This document shows positions 23,567-38,600 of a DNA stretch of 64,000 nt, piece after piece. The translations under genes and the position numbers were made by a program. Under the pieces are notes generated by a model. The model had not been told where the DNA came from and made no database searches. It saw nothing but the letters and a program-made list of their open reading frames with translations. The stretch is from Pecten maximus. Its lineage: Eukaryota. The stretch is from positions 40,982,001 through 41,046,000 of the forward strand of contig NC_047017.1 in NCBI RefSeq assembly GCF_902652985.1, read 5' to 3'. Numbering within the stretch: the first letter of the stretch is position 1; every line of letters begins with the position of its first letter.

Positions 23567-24070
23567 ACTGTTTTATTACATAATGCGTTTGATTTTCCCT
23601 AGCTTTTAGCATAAGATATATTTTGAACTATTACATGGCTAAGATGACTATTGCACGGTCACGTGCGAACTATCGAACACATGTGAATCTTCGAAGTTTG
23701 GTCACCTGCAAACAATTAAACACCTTTGACGTTTCGGAATGTCGTCCTACTGTTTCAAGCGTCTACGTCACTCAATGTCAACACTGCCGACGACAGTCAT
23801 GGTGACTTCAAGACTTACAGAAAAGCCGAGATATCAATGATTCTAAGTGTGTTTTAGTGATTATATAATAAAACAAGTATGTCATGGGTGCAATAGCCCA
23901 GAATATTTGACACGAGGTAATGGTAATCGACCGATGTTCTATTGCACGAGGCCTTCGGCAACTGTCAAATATTCTGGACTACGGCCTCGTGCAATAGAAC
24001 ATCGGTCGATTACCAGTAACTCGTGTCAAATATTCTGGACTATTGCACTGACATCCATGATATACTTATT
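23567..24070. mobile_element. Non-autonomous palindromic element (short inverted pair plus long terminal hairpin; possibly Crypton-like)
   Basis: ~65-bp stem 23889-23955 pairing with 23982-24050; inverted pair TGTTTTATTA/TAATAAAACA. Confidence 0.5.
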
Positions 24071-24204
24071 GAACTTGAAATCAATAACACTACATATTTT
24101 TGATATCAGTCACTTACCTCGATCTTTTCTAACAACGTAACCAGCACGGACATCTTACAACTTAGATGTATGGTAAGTGTGATGGTTTCAATTTTGCTAT
24201 GGTT

Positions 24205-24700
24205 AAATTTCTAGATAGTACCATCCCTGCTCCGTCTGCCTACGGTGTTTACATGTCCCAGTTGATTTGATATTCAAGGACTCGTTCCCATTAGCACGAT
24301 TTCCGTGACAGATATCGACAACTAACAGAGAAATTAACAACACAAGGTTTCGAGAGATACAGGTTGATGAAGACCGTGGGAGAAGATGTATGGTCGACAT
24401 CATGATCTTATTTGGAAATATCCTATTTTCATGTGCGGTATGAGACCACAAGTGTTCGATGCTTGTTGATATACCTGTTGGCTCTGTTGTTACCACCCTA
24501 ACCCTCGTTAAGGATGGTGACTTAACCTGGATTTGACTTAGATTTGTCGATGAAGCCGGAGAGGCTTAATCTTCCGGATCACCTAGTCTTATTCCCCATG
24601 TACTTTTTAAGGATTTCCGTACAAATCTATATTTTTGTTCATATTTTAACTCGGTTGTTTATCGAGTTTGAATTTCAAATATTATGGTTTTGGTATCACA
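24205..24700 (+). pseudogene. Penelope-like retroelement fragment (RT C-terminus and 3' region)
   Basis: STIPAPSAYGVYMSQLI*YSRTRSH*HDF..LTEKLTTQGF resembles the Penelope SNIPxxPAYGVYISQLIRYxRAC motif. Confidence 0.7.
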
Positions 24701-25129
24701 ACAACACACAGATTTCTAGATTTCTAGTATTTCGGCCCCTGACATCAAATGATGACCCGTGACTTTATGTGTATTTTTAGATATGTTTTTTTTTTATTTT
24801 TTTTTTACGGGGATGTATTGTTCAGTTGTACAGCTGCACCAAGGTAGAATTTTTAAGCTATGTATGTTCCTAAGATACAATACTCCTGACTGGTTATGTC
24901 TTTCTGTTTGGATTATGTCCCTTTTATCTTGGGGATGTCAGAATATCACGAGTACAGCGCTTTTTTTCCAACAGGAAGAAATAATTTTATACAACTACTA
25001 GTACATTTGTACTTTATTCCTAGTTATGCGATCCATCATCAACATCGAAAACATATGATTAAATCGTTACTTTTAGAACACAAGTTGTTAACATAAATGA
25101 TTATAGTGTATAGACAAGTACACATGTTC

Positions 25130-25708
25130 CTACAATGTGACACTATAGAACATGGGTACTTGTCTATTTATGTTGTTACACTGTAGAACATGGGTACTTG
25201 TCTATTTATATTGTTACACTGTAGAACATGGGTACTTGTCTATTTATATTGTTACACTGTAGAACATGGGTACTTGTCTATTTATATTGTCACACTATAG
25301 AACATGGGTACTTGTCTATTTATATTGTTACACTGTAGAACATGGGTACTTGTCTATTTATATTTTTACACTCTAGGAACATGGGTACTTGTCTATTTTT
25401 ATTGTTACACTGTAGAACATGGGTACTTGTCTATTTATATTGTTACACTGTAGGTACATGGGTACTTGTCTATTGATATTGTTATACTGTAGAACATGGG
25501 TACTTGTCTATTTATATTGTTATACTGTAGAACATGGGTACTTGTCTATTTATATTGTTATACTGTAGAACATGGGTACTTGTCTATTTATATTGTTATA
25601 CTGTAGAACATGGGTACTTGTCTATTTATATTGTTACACTGTAGAACATGGGTACTTGTCTATTCATATTGTTACACTGTAGGTACATGGGTACTTGTCT
25701 ATTTAGAT
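25130..25708. repeat. 38-bp minisatellite (CTGTAGAACATGGGTACTTGTCTATTTATATTGTTACA)
   Basis: Unit read directly; about 15 copies. Confidence 0.95.
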
Positions 25709-26624
25709 TCCGGCTCATGACAGAATGTAATGCAATATATTTCTAGACATTCGGTAATATACCTTTGAATGTGATGCAATGTAAAACTCTATGCAATGCG
25801 TTTGGGAAATAACAAAAAGAAACAAACGGCTTATAGAAATAATGTGTTTATAGATAAATCAAAATTCAGTAATATAAACTTTGATATCAAAATACCGTTT
25901 TCCATTTGACAAATAGTAATAAATATCATCGGATACCAACACACATGTAAATGAGTACACATTCAACACATGTACATACATGTAAACATATACACTAATG
26001 TTAAGGAAGTATTCGTGACGGTATCCTAGTTACAGAATATACCATGGTTACTCATGTTTTGGCTTCCAGGACCGTCGCTAGCGTTAAGTTATACACACCG
26101 TGAACAATTATGAACAGTAACCATATGAAATGCGTCACCAATGTATGATTTGCACAAATAATGACAACGAGCATTTCCTGACGAGACAAAAAGAGAAAGA
26201 AAGGATTATGGCATTATTTCCGCTTATGTGACACATTTCACTATTGTCCAGGAGGAATCACGGATGCTGTACCACCTGTCTATAGAGCAGACACAGCACT
26301 AAGCTGGCTGGGTCCTCAATGTTACCCTGATGAGTTACGTTATATAGCAAAACAGAAAGCTAACCCAAGAAGCAAAATACAAATCATTATGCTTAGATAT
26401 AATTACGGTATTTGCGTTTGTCCTTTTTTTGAGGTGCCACTTAAAGATATCTAGTAAAACTAGTCCTCGGCGTCATAACATCAGCCATTGAGTAGTGATA
26501 TAAAGACACAAGCACGTCTGCCACGACAATCAATACTGTCCATTGTCCCTAGCAACGAAAGTTATATGCGACCTCTTCTGATTATCCAATATGGCCGCCA
26601 CGACTTTGTCTCTCACATTTTCGA

Positions 26625-29600
26625 TCACGTGACTTCATTGGCTTCATTTACAACATCGTTCACTTGTTCGAATTGTTTGATGAAATCACTGGAAAGAAAC
26701 AAAATACAGGTGCTTTTTATGGTATCTCAATCTTTACAATAACATTTTATTCTTTGTTTTCGTACAAGAACCGATAACAATTATTTTAATATTCATATGA
26801 TTTAAGCCATCATAAAAGACTGATGATAAATAGATGTGTCATCTGGGAAAGACCCTGTTGGTGAACCGAAGGGTAAGCTTGTCCGGTTAGAAACATTCAG
26901 TATATTAAAGAACTTACCCAAAGTATATGCGTCCATTTTGTTCTTTAGCTATACGTTCAATAGCCTCGTCCACTTTAGGTTTGTCGTATGGTACGGCTAA
27001 CTCCTGTAATGAAGGTGTAACACATTTTGATTAGAAATGAATAATCATAATGTTAAACGCAACAGCACTTATACGATTTATACCATTCAAGACTTGTTAT
27101 AGTAGGCACAATTGTATTTGGCACCGAACTTCGTGATAACAAAAAATCTAATATTTGAATTAAATGTTGAAAAATATTTACATTTTTTCCTTCTGCAAAC
27201 TATTGTGACCGTAAAGTATCTAGAGAGCTATGGTCCTTATACTGGGTACTTATACATACGTCCAAGGCGGCCATGAACTGTTCAGGAGTAACTTGCAAGG
27301 TCTCGTCAGGGTCGTGTCTCTTTAAGATGTCCAGAAGCCTCATATCGTTGACGACGATGTGGTCCTGTAGCACCATGACGGGGTCCTTCCGCTTGAAGGG
27401 ATCAATGGCTGGCTTTCCAAGGTCCTCCATGGTATTACCAGATCTCAGAATGGGACCGTGTGTCACCTTGAAGTTTGGCCGCTTCATTTTGATATCCTCG
27501 CAGATTCGTAAGAACTCGAACTCGACAGGGATATCCTAAGTGGTAAAGACAGCTCTTGTAATGTTTATAAAAAGGAGATTTCCTTGCAAAATTATATATC
27601 TCTTGCTCTGAATAGTCTATAGCGGATTCGAGCAGGTTAAATTCAAAATGATTCAAATTAATAGCATAGTTTCAAATGCAACATTTTCGGAGGAATTAGC
27701 GCCAATTCGTTTGTTTTCAATCTTACTGGCTAGCTTATAAAGGTAATATCGAGCTTTTCCCCCCTAAACACTAGCCTACTTACGGTGAGGTCGAGTTCTT
27801 CCATCTCACTGCTCTCGGTCTCGTTGATGGAGCGAGCCAATGCTATTGCGCCAATAGTGGTCAGCAAATTATTTCCCATCTGTGGAGTACACGATCAGAC
27901 ATCTATATACTATATTAAGTACTTAATGTTTTCATATCCCTATTAATGTGATACCCGTTATTTAACTCACTGTATTCACTGTATTTATATGTACAATGTG
28001 CCAGTCAGTACACCATTGTATACATTCTCTCACATTTAGATATTCAAAATGATTGGCAACGTCTCTTTCCCCATTTATAATAACGCTATCAAATTCAGAT
28101 GGCATTTATAACATCTTTAAAAGCTGATGTCATTGCGGTAATGTTGGTATCGCTAACGCTTTCCTTGGATACGGCTGCTGGTATAATAATAGATAGCAAA
28201 AATCATGTTGTTAAAGTAAAGTCAAGTATGAAAAGTCTTGTGAATAATATAATGAAAATCGATACTAATACTGAGCAACATTGGCAACGATGCCAGCATT
28301 GTTTGGTATGTTTTCTATGTTTTCTACTTGTAAACAAAGTGTATTTTTCTAATTTTTAGAGGCTTACCCTCAGTACCCGGATGTTGTCATTGATGGCTAT
28401 AGCCTTTGCCACCTTCACTGCCACATCTGCGTTCAGTCTGTTGCCGCTGATGTCGATTTCCTGTAGAGAGTTATTGGTTATGAGGGCATCAGCGATCGCA
28501 GCCCCACCTTCCGGTCCAAATCCGTTCCAGGCCAACGAACAATGCTTTAATCGCACGTTTTCCTACGCAATAATAATTAAAAAAAAAAAATAAACATCAT
28601 TTTAACATGTTTGGATGAACGATATACACAATACGACACAGAAAGTCCATAAAGAATTAATGTATCCGAACATCGTTTGGGACAGCAACGAGAAATCATT
28701 GAATGTAGACGAAAGTGAAGCAACAATGAAACCTTCCTACTACCAATTTATTCCTCCATGAATTAAAACTACAAGTATATCAAGCTAGTAATCTAACAAA
28801 AGAATCTTCATCAGAAGTGCCCGTTAAATATGACAAGAGACTGATATGAAATTTCAATAATGGAAAGCAGCTTGCGACATGAAATAATCCCAGAGAGATT
28901 GTAGATATTTTCACGTATTTGTTTAAAATAAGAGCAATTATAACAATCTTTGTTTGATATTAAAATCATTCATTAAAAATACGTTTCATGATATTGAAAA
29001 GTTACTTGTCAAAATTATCTTGGGTAAATGGTCTTTTAAATTTTGAAGATGTTTGCATAGTGGTTTGTTTTAAGAAGCTGAACTGACTGCAGCATTTTTT
29101 TCACCCAAAAGAAACGAAAAATAAAACCAAAACAAACAAAAATCATTTCGAGACATAGTGCTTGTCCAAAACGTATTCGTAAGAAGTTATCACGATAAAT
29201 TTATATCAATACTGAAACATTACCATCAATTATTTGGGCGGTATGTAAATAGTAAACTCATTAGCTGTTCTGTTTATTGTTCCGTTCGATAGAAATATCA
29301 TTTTAATACTTACAACAATAATGTTGATTTTCGAAAATATGTAAGTGGAGTAACACGACCAACTACAACAGTGTAGAGGAACCCGAGATGTTCCGGGTCA
29401 ATGCATCACTCAATGAACCGAGACATTCGACAGATAATTACTTGACAGCGATCATTGTGTATAACTTAGACAGTGTAAGGACAATGTGGGTACATGGGTA
29501 TAATGTTACCTTTGAAATAAAGACAGATTGTCTGTCTGTCATTGTCTCGGAACCCAGGTACGTTATACAGGTATGTATTGGGTAGACAGAATCTACATGA

Positions 29601-32600
29601 CCATAACTCGGTAAGTATAGGTATATAAATAATGGCGATTTTCATCGTATCCTTGTTAAAACATTTATATTATACCTGACTTAAAGTAGGACAGACTATC
29701 AGGTGTTTCATACATCATTACGTGTGATCGTTTGTCCTCAAAGGAATGTTTATCTGATTAGCACACAATGGAAAATTACCTATATATGTATAAAGGTATA
29801 GTGAAATAAAATGTTTAATACATTTGTATAATAGTAGTTAGACGATATAAGTAGCCGCGCCTGTTATAAGTAGCTTAACGGGTAGTAAACAACATCATCG
29901 TAAGAGATTATTGTACTATGTTTTTTTAGCATATTACAATTTCTTTTTTCTTGTTAGTAAAAGAACGCTCTATAATACGTACACTTCCAACTATACCTAC
30001 CTTTAAACCACGTGCTACGGACACTGCCCCTTTTTGTCGAAGGTGATTCCAGCTGAGATCTAAAGAATCCAGGATGTCGTTGGAGGCTGTAATAAAAATG
30101 ACTGCTAATTTAGTATCTGACAACGCTTAATTATTTCAGCATCGAAACTACTAATCGATTGTAAAATACTATACAGAAATGCTTACAGAAAAAGGATAAG
30201 TTACTAATTGATTGTAAAATACTATACAGAAATGCTTACAGAAAAACGATAAGTTACTAATTGATTGTAAAAGACTATACAGAAATGCTTACAGAAAAAC
30301 GATAAGTTACTAATTGATTGTAAAAGACTATACAGAAATGCTTACAGAAAAACGATAACTATTCATCCTCCCGTGAAGTACCAGGAAAGACAATGTAACA
30401 ACAATACGTAGTTAATAACAATGTAACAACAATACTAAAGTACGTAGTTAATAACAACATAACAAGAGACAAATGTCATTAGTTAAATATTTATATATAT
30501 AGGTTAATATTCGTTTCTAACGTCATTTGTACTAGTACACCTTATACCGTTTATATCCATAGTTGTAAACATTAATTAATATTTGACATCCGATATAAAT
30601 TATAGACACTTTACATGACAGTACACTGTTTCTATACCTATTGCTGGCCCCAGCAGTTCTCCAGCCTGCTCTCCAAACCGGTTACGGCTCAAATTCAGAG
30701 ATTTTAAATACTTGTTGTTCTGTAACAATAATACAAATACATTTTGCCATAAGTATACTAATTATTCGATATTGTTAAAATAGTTTAAGACACTGAAGAT
30801 GGATATATATTCTTGGAATCATGTTTTCTGATGAATAACTAGCTAAAATTCATTATTAAATCACCGTTAGTTTTTCAACAACCAAATAGAAACTGCACTA
30901 CTCACATCCAACATCTCTACGAAATACTCAACGTCTCCATCTTCGAATGCATTATCTGAAAATTATAATGCAAACATTGCAAATGTCAAATACGCAGAAA
31001 GAAATTAGATGTGTTATGTGCAATTAAAGGCCACGATCTCTTTAATTACATTACATAATTGTTCATCATTAAGAAAACTGTATCCTTTTTATTCATTAAG
31101 TTTTATGACTACATAAAACTTGGGCGAAACGCAGTAAACTTGAAATAGGAACCACACCAACATTTACTCGGGCAAAATATGGGGGGGAAATCTAAACAGG
31201 GATTGCATCAATGATCTAACAAAGAATACGTCATCCTACCTTTCCCCATTAAAAACAGGTGATAGACACTCAAAATCTATTAACAAAACAACATAATTGC
31301 GACCGTTTCTGTGTAGATTGACGCCTCTTTGACCGGAAACCCTGTTTTACACAACAGTCATGAGAAGTACTGACATTGATGTCTCCATTAATACATTACC
31401 ATATATTGACCAGACACAATCCGATCGATCAGGTCTAAGACAAAGCTTTACGCCTCGTAACATAAACGTCATCACAGACACGTCGACATTTAGTCTAGTT
31501 TATATTCTGGCTTTTGGAAAAGTAATCGGTTATCGATTTCTGACGATGACCCAATCAGGTAATGGGCAACCATTAATTAAATCAAAACCAAGGACACGAT
31601 TTAAAGTCTGAAAAATGGACAGGTAAATGTGGTCCCCGAGTAATGCGTTATCATTAAACAAGAGGCTTTCATCAATCACCGACGGTCATCACCATGGCTA
31701 CCTTACATGGGTGGAGTAATGATTTCTCGTCTTGTCCATTATTTTGATTAATCATTCCTGTTGTAATTGAAAATGATATTGAATTTTCTTCGAAAGTACT
31801 TAACCGCTTTTTAGTAATGTCGTTAATTGGTATGGATTTCGAGTATTAGATTTATAGGGGAAGCCTTTCGTGTGTAGAAGATATGCTTTATATAGAAAAC
31901 GACAGTAGAATATAAACACAATAATCACAGATAAGCTGAAATGGCGACGTAAAATGAGAAGACGGTATTTAACATGATTATCGGGTATTAATGTGCCAGT
32001 TCTAAGCGTCTATGATAGAGAATCACGTGACATCACGAGTATCTTAACTTTAGACTGGCGGCATCAGAAACAAGAGATATAGGATGATAGTAGTAGACAA
32101 CAATTCTGTCTGAGCCTGAGTATGTGTTTTATTGACAGCTTCACCGGAAATAGTGAAAGTCGAAGACTTGTTCCAATTTTACAGTTTGCGAGCATTATAA
32201 TTGTAACTAACTTATGTTTGGTGTTGTTTGGTTTCATTTGCATCTTATTTATTGTATTAAAATGAACATAACGCAAGGTTGGCAATACCTGGCACGCTCC
32301 GAAGCATTAATCGACATCAATGAAACATCACCCATCTTCCATTACAGATTGCGAGCATTATTATTCTAATTAAATAATGTTTGTCATTGTTAGGTGTTGT
32401 TTGGTATTGTAGGTGTTTTTGGTATTGTTAGGTGTTGTTGGGTGTTGTTAGGTGTTGATTGGTGTTGTTAGGCGTTGTTTGGGGTTGCTGGGTGTTGTTA
32501 GGTGTTGCTTGGTGATGCTGGGTATTGTTTGGTATTGTTGTGTGTTGTTTGGTATTGCTGTGTGTTGTTTGTTATTTCCAGGTGTTGTTTGGTATTTTCA

Positions 32601-35600
32601 GGTTTTGTTTGGTATTTTCAGGTGTTGTTTGGTGTTGTTTGGTATTGTTGGGTGTTGTTTGGTGCCATTTGCGTTTCGTGTAATGTATCAAATAAACATA
32701 AAGTATGGGTTTACAATACATGACACACTCCGCAACACCAATCTTCCATCACGGATTTCCACACTATTCAGACTTCACTGCCGAGCCGTAGGAGGACTTT
32801 TGATAAATTACAGGAATGGGTTCGTCAGTTCTTGTGGGAACCCTTTATGTTGTGGAGAGGCTAACTATACATTACAAGGCATATCATTTAGATACTTTAT
32901 ACGACTGATCACCTGACGTCCAACCATTTCTAACAGTGTTGAGGCTGTGGAATGTCATTGTTTGATTTTTGAAACCAATATCAAAGTTAGTATGATGAAT
33001 GAAATATGATTATATCTACAGTAATGTTTGATATTGAAATCTGGATTTATAGGGAGTTGGGGTTTGATCAATCGACGAAATTGAGAGATAGTACTTGAAG
33101 TCGAAGTTACTTTGACACCCCCTTCCAGGGAACTCAGTGTTTTCTATCAAAATGGAGTCTATCAAACAGACAGACGGACGAGTGTGTCACTAATATTCAT
33201 TGGTTCTCAATCGTAAGAATGTTTAGTAGTTACCTGATAAATCGACCTTCCTTAGTCCGGTATTCACCCCAAGCATCCTACACATACTCCTGGCTCCAAT
33301 GGTACCCAGTCGATTGTCTGATAAACTCTGAAGCGAGAGGACACGAACCTACACAATGTGTCTCTTGTATCATCGTGGTTATTGATGATTATTTTATATG
33401 CATTGATATGATTTCATAACATGACAAGCTTCACTGGGATAAAATAGTTAAAAGATTTAACAAGAATACTGACCATGGGTTATGTAACCGCTTTTGTCTC
33501 GTGACATAATCGACCATATTGATAATGTGTGTCATGAGGAGATAAACTTGATTGAAATGATATTATTATGTTTGCTAACGTATATGTAACATCCAAATGG
33601 CCATTTAGACAGAAGCATTGTATCATCCAACTTTTAACAGTTCTGTTGTTTAAAGACCTGCCAATTAAATCAGAATTGAAATTTTGTATGTCTAACGGAA
33701 AGCCTATTTTTCTAGCTAGAATACATGATATACCACAGAGTCAGCACACGAGTACAAAATCGTATAACATTATCAACAAAACAGGGCATGTTAAGCCGTA
33801 TCATGACGACACAGACGGAATAGGTCGTGAATAATAATAATATACAAAAAAAAAAAATACAAGATATACCACAGGAATAAAATACAAGCAAATCTAGATA
33901 AACGACAGTGTGGCCATATACACAAAGCAAGAACTAAAGGTCAACAACAGTTACAGAGGCTGGTTAACAGGACGTTAAATGGTATCACAGAATCTTTATA
34001 TCGGACATGGACGTTATCACAGGAGAGACAGAAAGGGAGTTGGTACCATTATTATTGTACATATGTAAGTAACCTACTCATTAAAGAACACAAACCCTAA
34101 CACACTAAACGGATCCCTATCGATAGTTCTCCGTGATAAATAAGTTATAGACTAAAGCAATGTCAGTATCAATATTTTGTTTTCCTTTGATGGTATCTAG
34201 TCCTCATATATAGGTAAACAAAACAGCAAATGGAGCGTGACGACTGGCTGATGACATCTCATTAACACCACGGGGATAATCTACATCTCATTAACACCAC
34301 GGGGATTATCTTTTGTAATAAACCGGACCAGTGAATCTGTGTTTTACCTTTGAAGCTATGTTGTTAAGATGTATCGTACTAAGCATACCTCCTCAGCGTT
34401 CTTATAAATAACTAACCACACAATTACACAGTTATAAAGCTATTGGATTTTATACTGCTTTCACACGCATCATTCAGTGCCGTACACACTTTTAAATTAT
34501 CTTCTTATCAAATTTACTTGGTCCTGTCAATATTTCATATGTCAATAGCAAAACTATTATCACATTACTTCCAGCACTAAAATACATCATACCAGAAAGC
34601 ATAATTAATTTGTCGAATAGCGTCGTTTACTATGAAAGTGTTACCAATTGCCAAGTATCTTTTTGAAAGAGATTCTCCACTTAAAAGGTTATGGATTAAA
34701 AAAATGTAAAAAGAAAATTTTGTGAGGGTATGATATAACAAGAAGCAGTATAGACGTTCTCGTCTTACCAGTTCTGATATGTAGTCGTTTTCCTCTAACA
34801 TCCGGGCCATTGCCTCCCCTCCTGGACCTTCTATCCAATTTCCGTTTAGATTAAGTTTTTCTAGCGTAACGTTGTCCTGTACATACAGATAAAACAAATT
34901 ATGCTACAACATGTCTCGTCCAAATTTTGTTGCATAAAACGCAAATCGAAGTGCCGCATTTATGATTTAATTTAATAAAAATTTAATAATTTAAATCATT
35001 CATAACTCTTGACGAAATTCAGGTGAATATATTAATATGTGTAATTGGTTACGTCAATTGAATGTTACTTAGTATTTGTTGTTCAAGTTTTGCATATATT
35101 TTCAATAAATAGAAGAGCTGAAAGGCAGTCATCAACTCATAATGATAATGACATTTCATCTTTTACATCATGGGTAAAAATCTTTATGTTGTTAATATTA
35201 TGAGGATATAAAAAAAATGCGTTCTCCAACAATGTCACTTGTGTTTTTGGATCGTGCTATGTAGTACTTCGGCTTCAGACCAATGACTACATCTGTGTTA
35301 CTCTCGGACTGGAAACCTTACCCGAAGCACTAATGCCATGGCTTTAGCAGCCACAGGTCCGAGACCATGGTAACGCATCACCAGTTCCGGATCCAGGATG
35401 TGACGGACAAAGTAGGATATTGGTACTACACCGAACTGTGAACAAATCTTCTTGTAGCTTGACCTTCCACTTGTGTCATGAAGATCTTCAGAGTCCTCTG
35501 GGGAAACAAATGTTGCAATGTAAAGTAAATGAAGATATTTGGTAAATTGCGTTTAGCTTAATTTCTGTCAATGGGTAGGTCTTGACAGGTGCGTATGTTA

Positions 35601-38600
35601 CAAATATTTCCCAGTTTCTGAATGGATCAATTATCTAACTGAATTCGGACAGTTGATTCTCAAACATATGTGTTATAAAGATTGCGAGCATTGACATATC
35701 TTAGGCACATATACAAAGGATCATTCAATAGATTTTAAAACAATTTTATGCTTTCTAACTTGAGTAAAAAAAACAAAATGTTACTGATTAAGTGACACAT
35801 TTTCCACTATATACCTTCGACCTCTAAGTCTGTGTCGTACTCATCCTCGTCTGTCCGCGCTGTGATAGGAACCTTGTCATCTAGAACCAATATATCCGGC
35901 TCCCTCGGAGACTCGATTTCTTCGCTCTCCTCCTGTCGGTATTCAGACTGTTTCAATTCCGTAATAAGGATATGTTCTTCGTCCTCGACTTCCTCTATTC
36001 CTTTGCCTTGGGTTGTCGGTCTCGCGGCCGGTGTTCGAACCATGGTGGCACGAGACATCTGTGACGGAACACGTCCTAGAGACAGACGGGTTTCCGTGCG
36101 ACTTCCGAGACCCTGGTCGATCTCCATGTCAACGTCTGCCTCCTCCGGTACGGAGAACAGAAGTAACTGTGCCTACAATAACAGAAACAACACACGTGGT
36201 CTGATATTTGTATTGTTATTGACAATTAACTTACCCATTACTGCATGCGATACATAATACACTACAAGGTATGGACACTGAACGACACACAGGAAGAAAT
36301 ATAATATATAGGTCTCCATCTTTATACATAGAGGACGTAACTTTGTACAAAGTCCTGTCTTTGTGCTGCACAAACTAAATACGGTCACGGAATTCTTATT
36401 AGAAAAAGAATATTTCAGATGAAAGAAAGAAAGAAAGAAAGAAATAGATTGTCCTGTCCTTACAGTGAAAATGTATGAAGGTAATGGCCTGTGTGTCTGT
36501 CTGAAACACATTGCTCAACGTATTATTCTGATACAGTATTTCATACAGTAACATAGAGGATTACTTTATAGTCCATGTAATATTGAACAAATTAACAATA
36601 ATCAATGGCATACAAAACGAACCTTTGGCGAATATCATTTTAAAAAACAATGTTTCAATATTACGTGACGAAGTGCGTTAGGTTTCCTTTTATATACCGA
36701 CGATCGAAAACAATACGTTTTAACTACCAGACATTTTTATATACCGACGATCGAAAACAATACGGTTTTTTAACTACCAGACATTTTTATATACCGACGA
36801 TCGAAAACAATACGGTTTTTTAACTACCAGACATTTTTAGCTTCACTGACTTGTGCTGGGAATTTGCCTTTTTTAATCATTAGAGTTTCAATGTTTATTT
36901 CACTTGAAGCTATTAGCTCCGTGATGCTGCATGTTCTCCTTTCATTAAGGGTTATATCCGCGAGTAGTTGGGAGAATGTTCAGCTTTATGTCACCCTATA
37001 TACCGGTATGTCTGCTTTTTACAGTTTATTCTAGATTTTTTAAACAATTTATCTAAGTATCATACAACATCTAATCATAGGCGTCTGTTACTATTATAAC
37101 TACATGTATATAAACTTCACCCATATAATAACTATATAAACTTCACCAATATTTACGAGGTTTTTACTATTACTATACTAACTATATAAACGTCAATACT
37201 TTCTATATTATCACATACAAACATTTCCTTACTAAGTAAAACACTTAACATCGGAGACATAGGTTACGTGGAATGAACGGTAACCACGTCACAATGTTGG
37301 GATAGGCAGAGGATAATTATAGAACCCCGTTGGTGAGGGCAGTATTGATTAAAACTTCTCGATATATTTAACTTTGTCAGTGACATGGCTAATACGTATA
37401 TTGGAGATAATTCCCCAGACCGATATCGGATATCATCACTAATGCTAGACCCCTATATAATTATATCCGTTACACTTTAAAACCCATTGAAGATAAACGT
37501 TCTGTAAACATAGAATTTTCCTGTGAATTGATTTGATAACATGACCTCCTTAGACAGAGCACATACATCCAGTGTAAGTCATATAATGACCACACGGCTA
37601 AAGCAAGCTATTCTATTTCACGTGTCTGTCAGAGGAAAAATTAATTTGGGTATTTAAATAGACAAAAGTCACCACGACACCCTTCTATGAGGAAATTTGT
37701 ATTTCACATACGATCCTTGCATCTCCTTATTTCGATCCCTCCGTAAAACGACTTTGAAAAACCTGCAATTCATTGGAAGATGAATTATATTTCATTCTTT
37801 TTTCACTCTGTCTTTAATTAATCTGTTAGAAAAACGTACTTTTCGAATTGGAAGTCTATTTAATCCTACATCAAGCGACCATGAATATACGAAGTTGATA
37901 ATTAAACAGTTATTCGAACTGAGGCACAGTTTGACTTTGTACATATCCATCGTAATAACGTAAGGGTTTACTTAGTTCTGTTTTTAGTTTATAGACAGGA
38001 AATTACTTCTGTAATTATAAATGAATAGAATTGTAAAATCACCAGTGACACGCTGAATTCTAACGCCTTACATAAGTAGGAAGCGTCCATGCCTTATTAA
38101 ATAAGTTTCGTGTTATTGTCACGTCCTCATAACAGTTAAGGTCATACGAAGACGGTTGGTCAGCTCAACGACCAAATTAAAGCGTTGTCACACTGGAATG
38201 TCATAACAGACACAGTAACACCACACCTCGACACTCTATACAAAGGTAAGGAATGAGACAATTCGAGGGGCTTGGAAAGATACAGAGAATGCTACCGCAA
38301 AGACAATCTATATCGTGATTTCTCTCACATCCACCTATTTCTCACAACTTCCAATGTGTCATGGTTATGTAAGAGTTGCCATTGTGTTTTGAGACTCCAG
38401 GTGATTTTAGGTAAAGACTGTGGTGCCCTCGGTAGTCTAAGGTAATGTCAAAGATGTGATATCCGAGATAATGCTATCTTATTTACGTTAAAACGAAGCT
38501 ATGTCAAAGTAGATTGATGTCAGCCTAATTGCTTTGTCAAAGTTTTATCTCGAAGTGATTGTTATATTGAGGTAATTGTATAGAAACTGAATTTTATCTC

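Noticed and set aside
36231-36240. ATGG|gtaag as LRRC74 first coding exon
   Set aside because: Phase 1 is incompatible with the phase-0 acceptor at 36172; the exon at 47192-47272 fits better.
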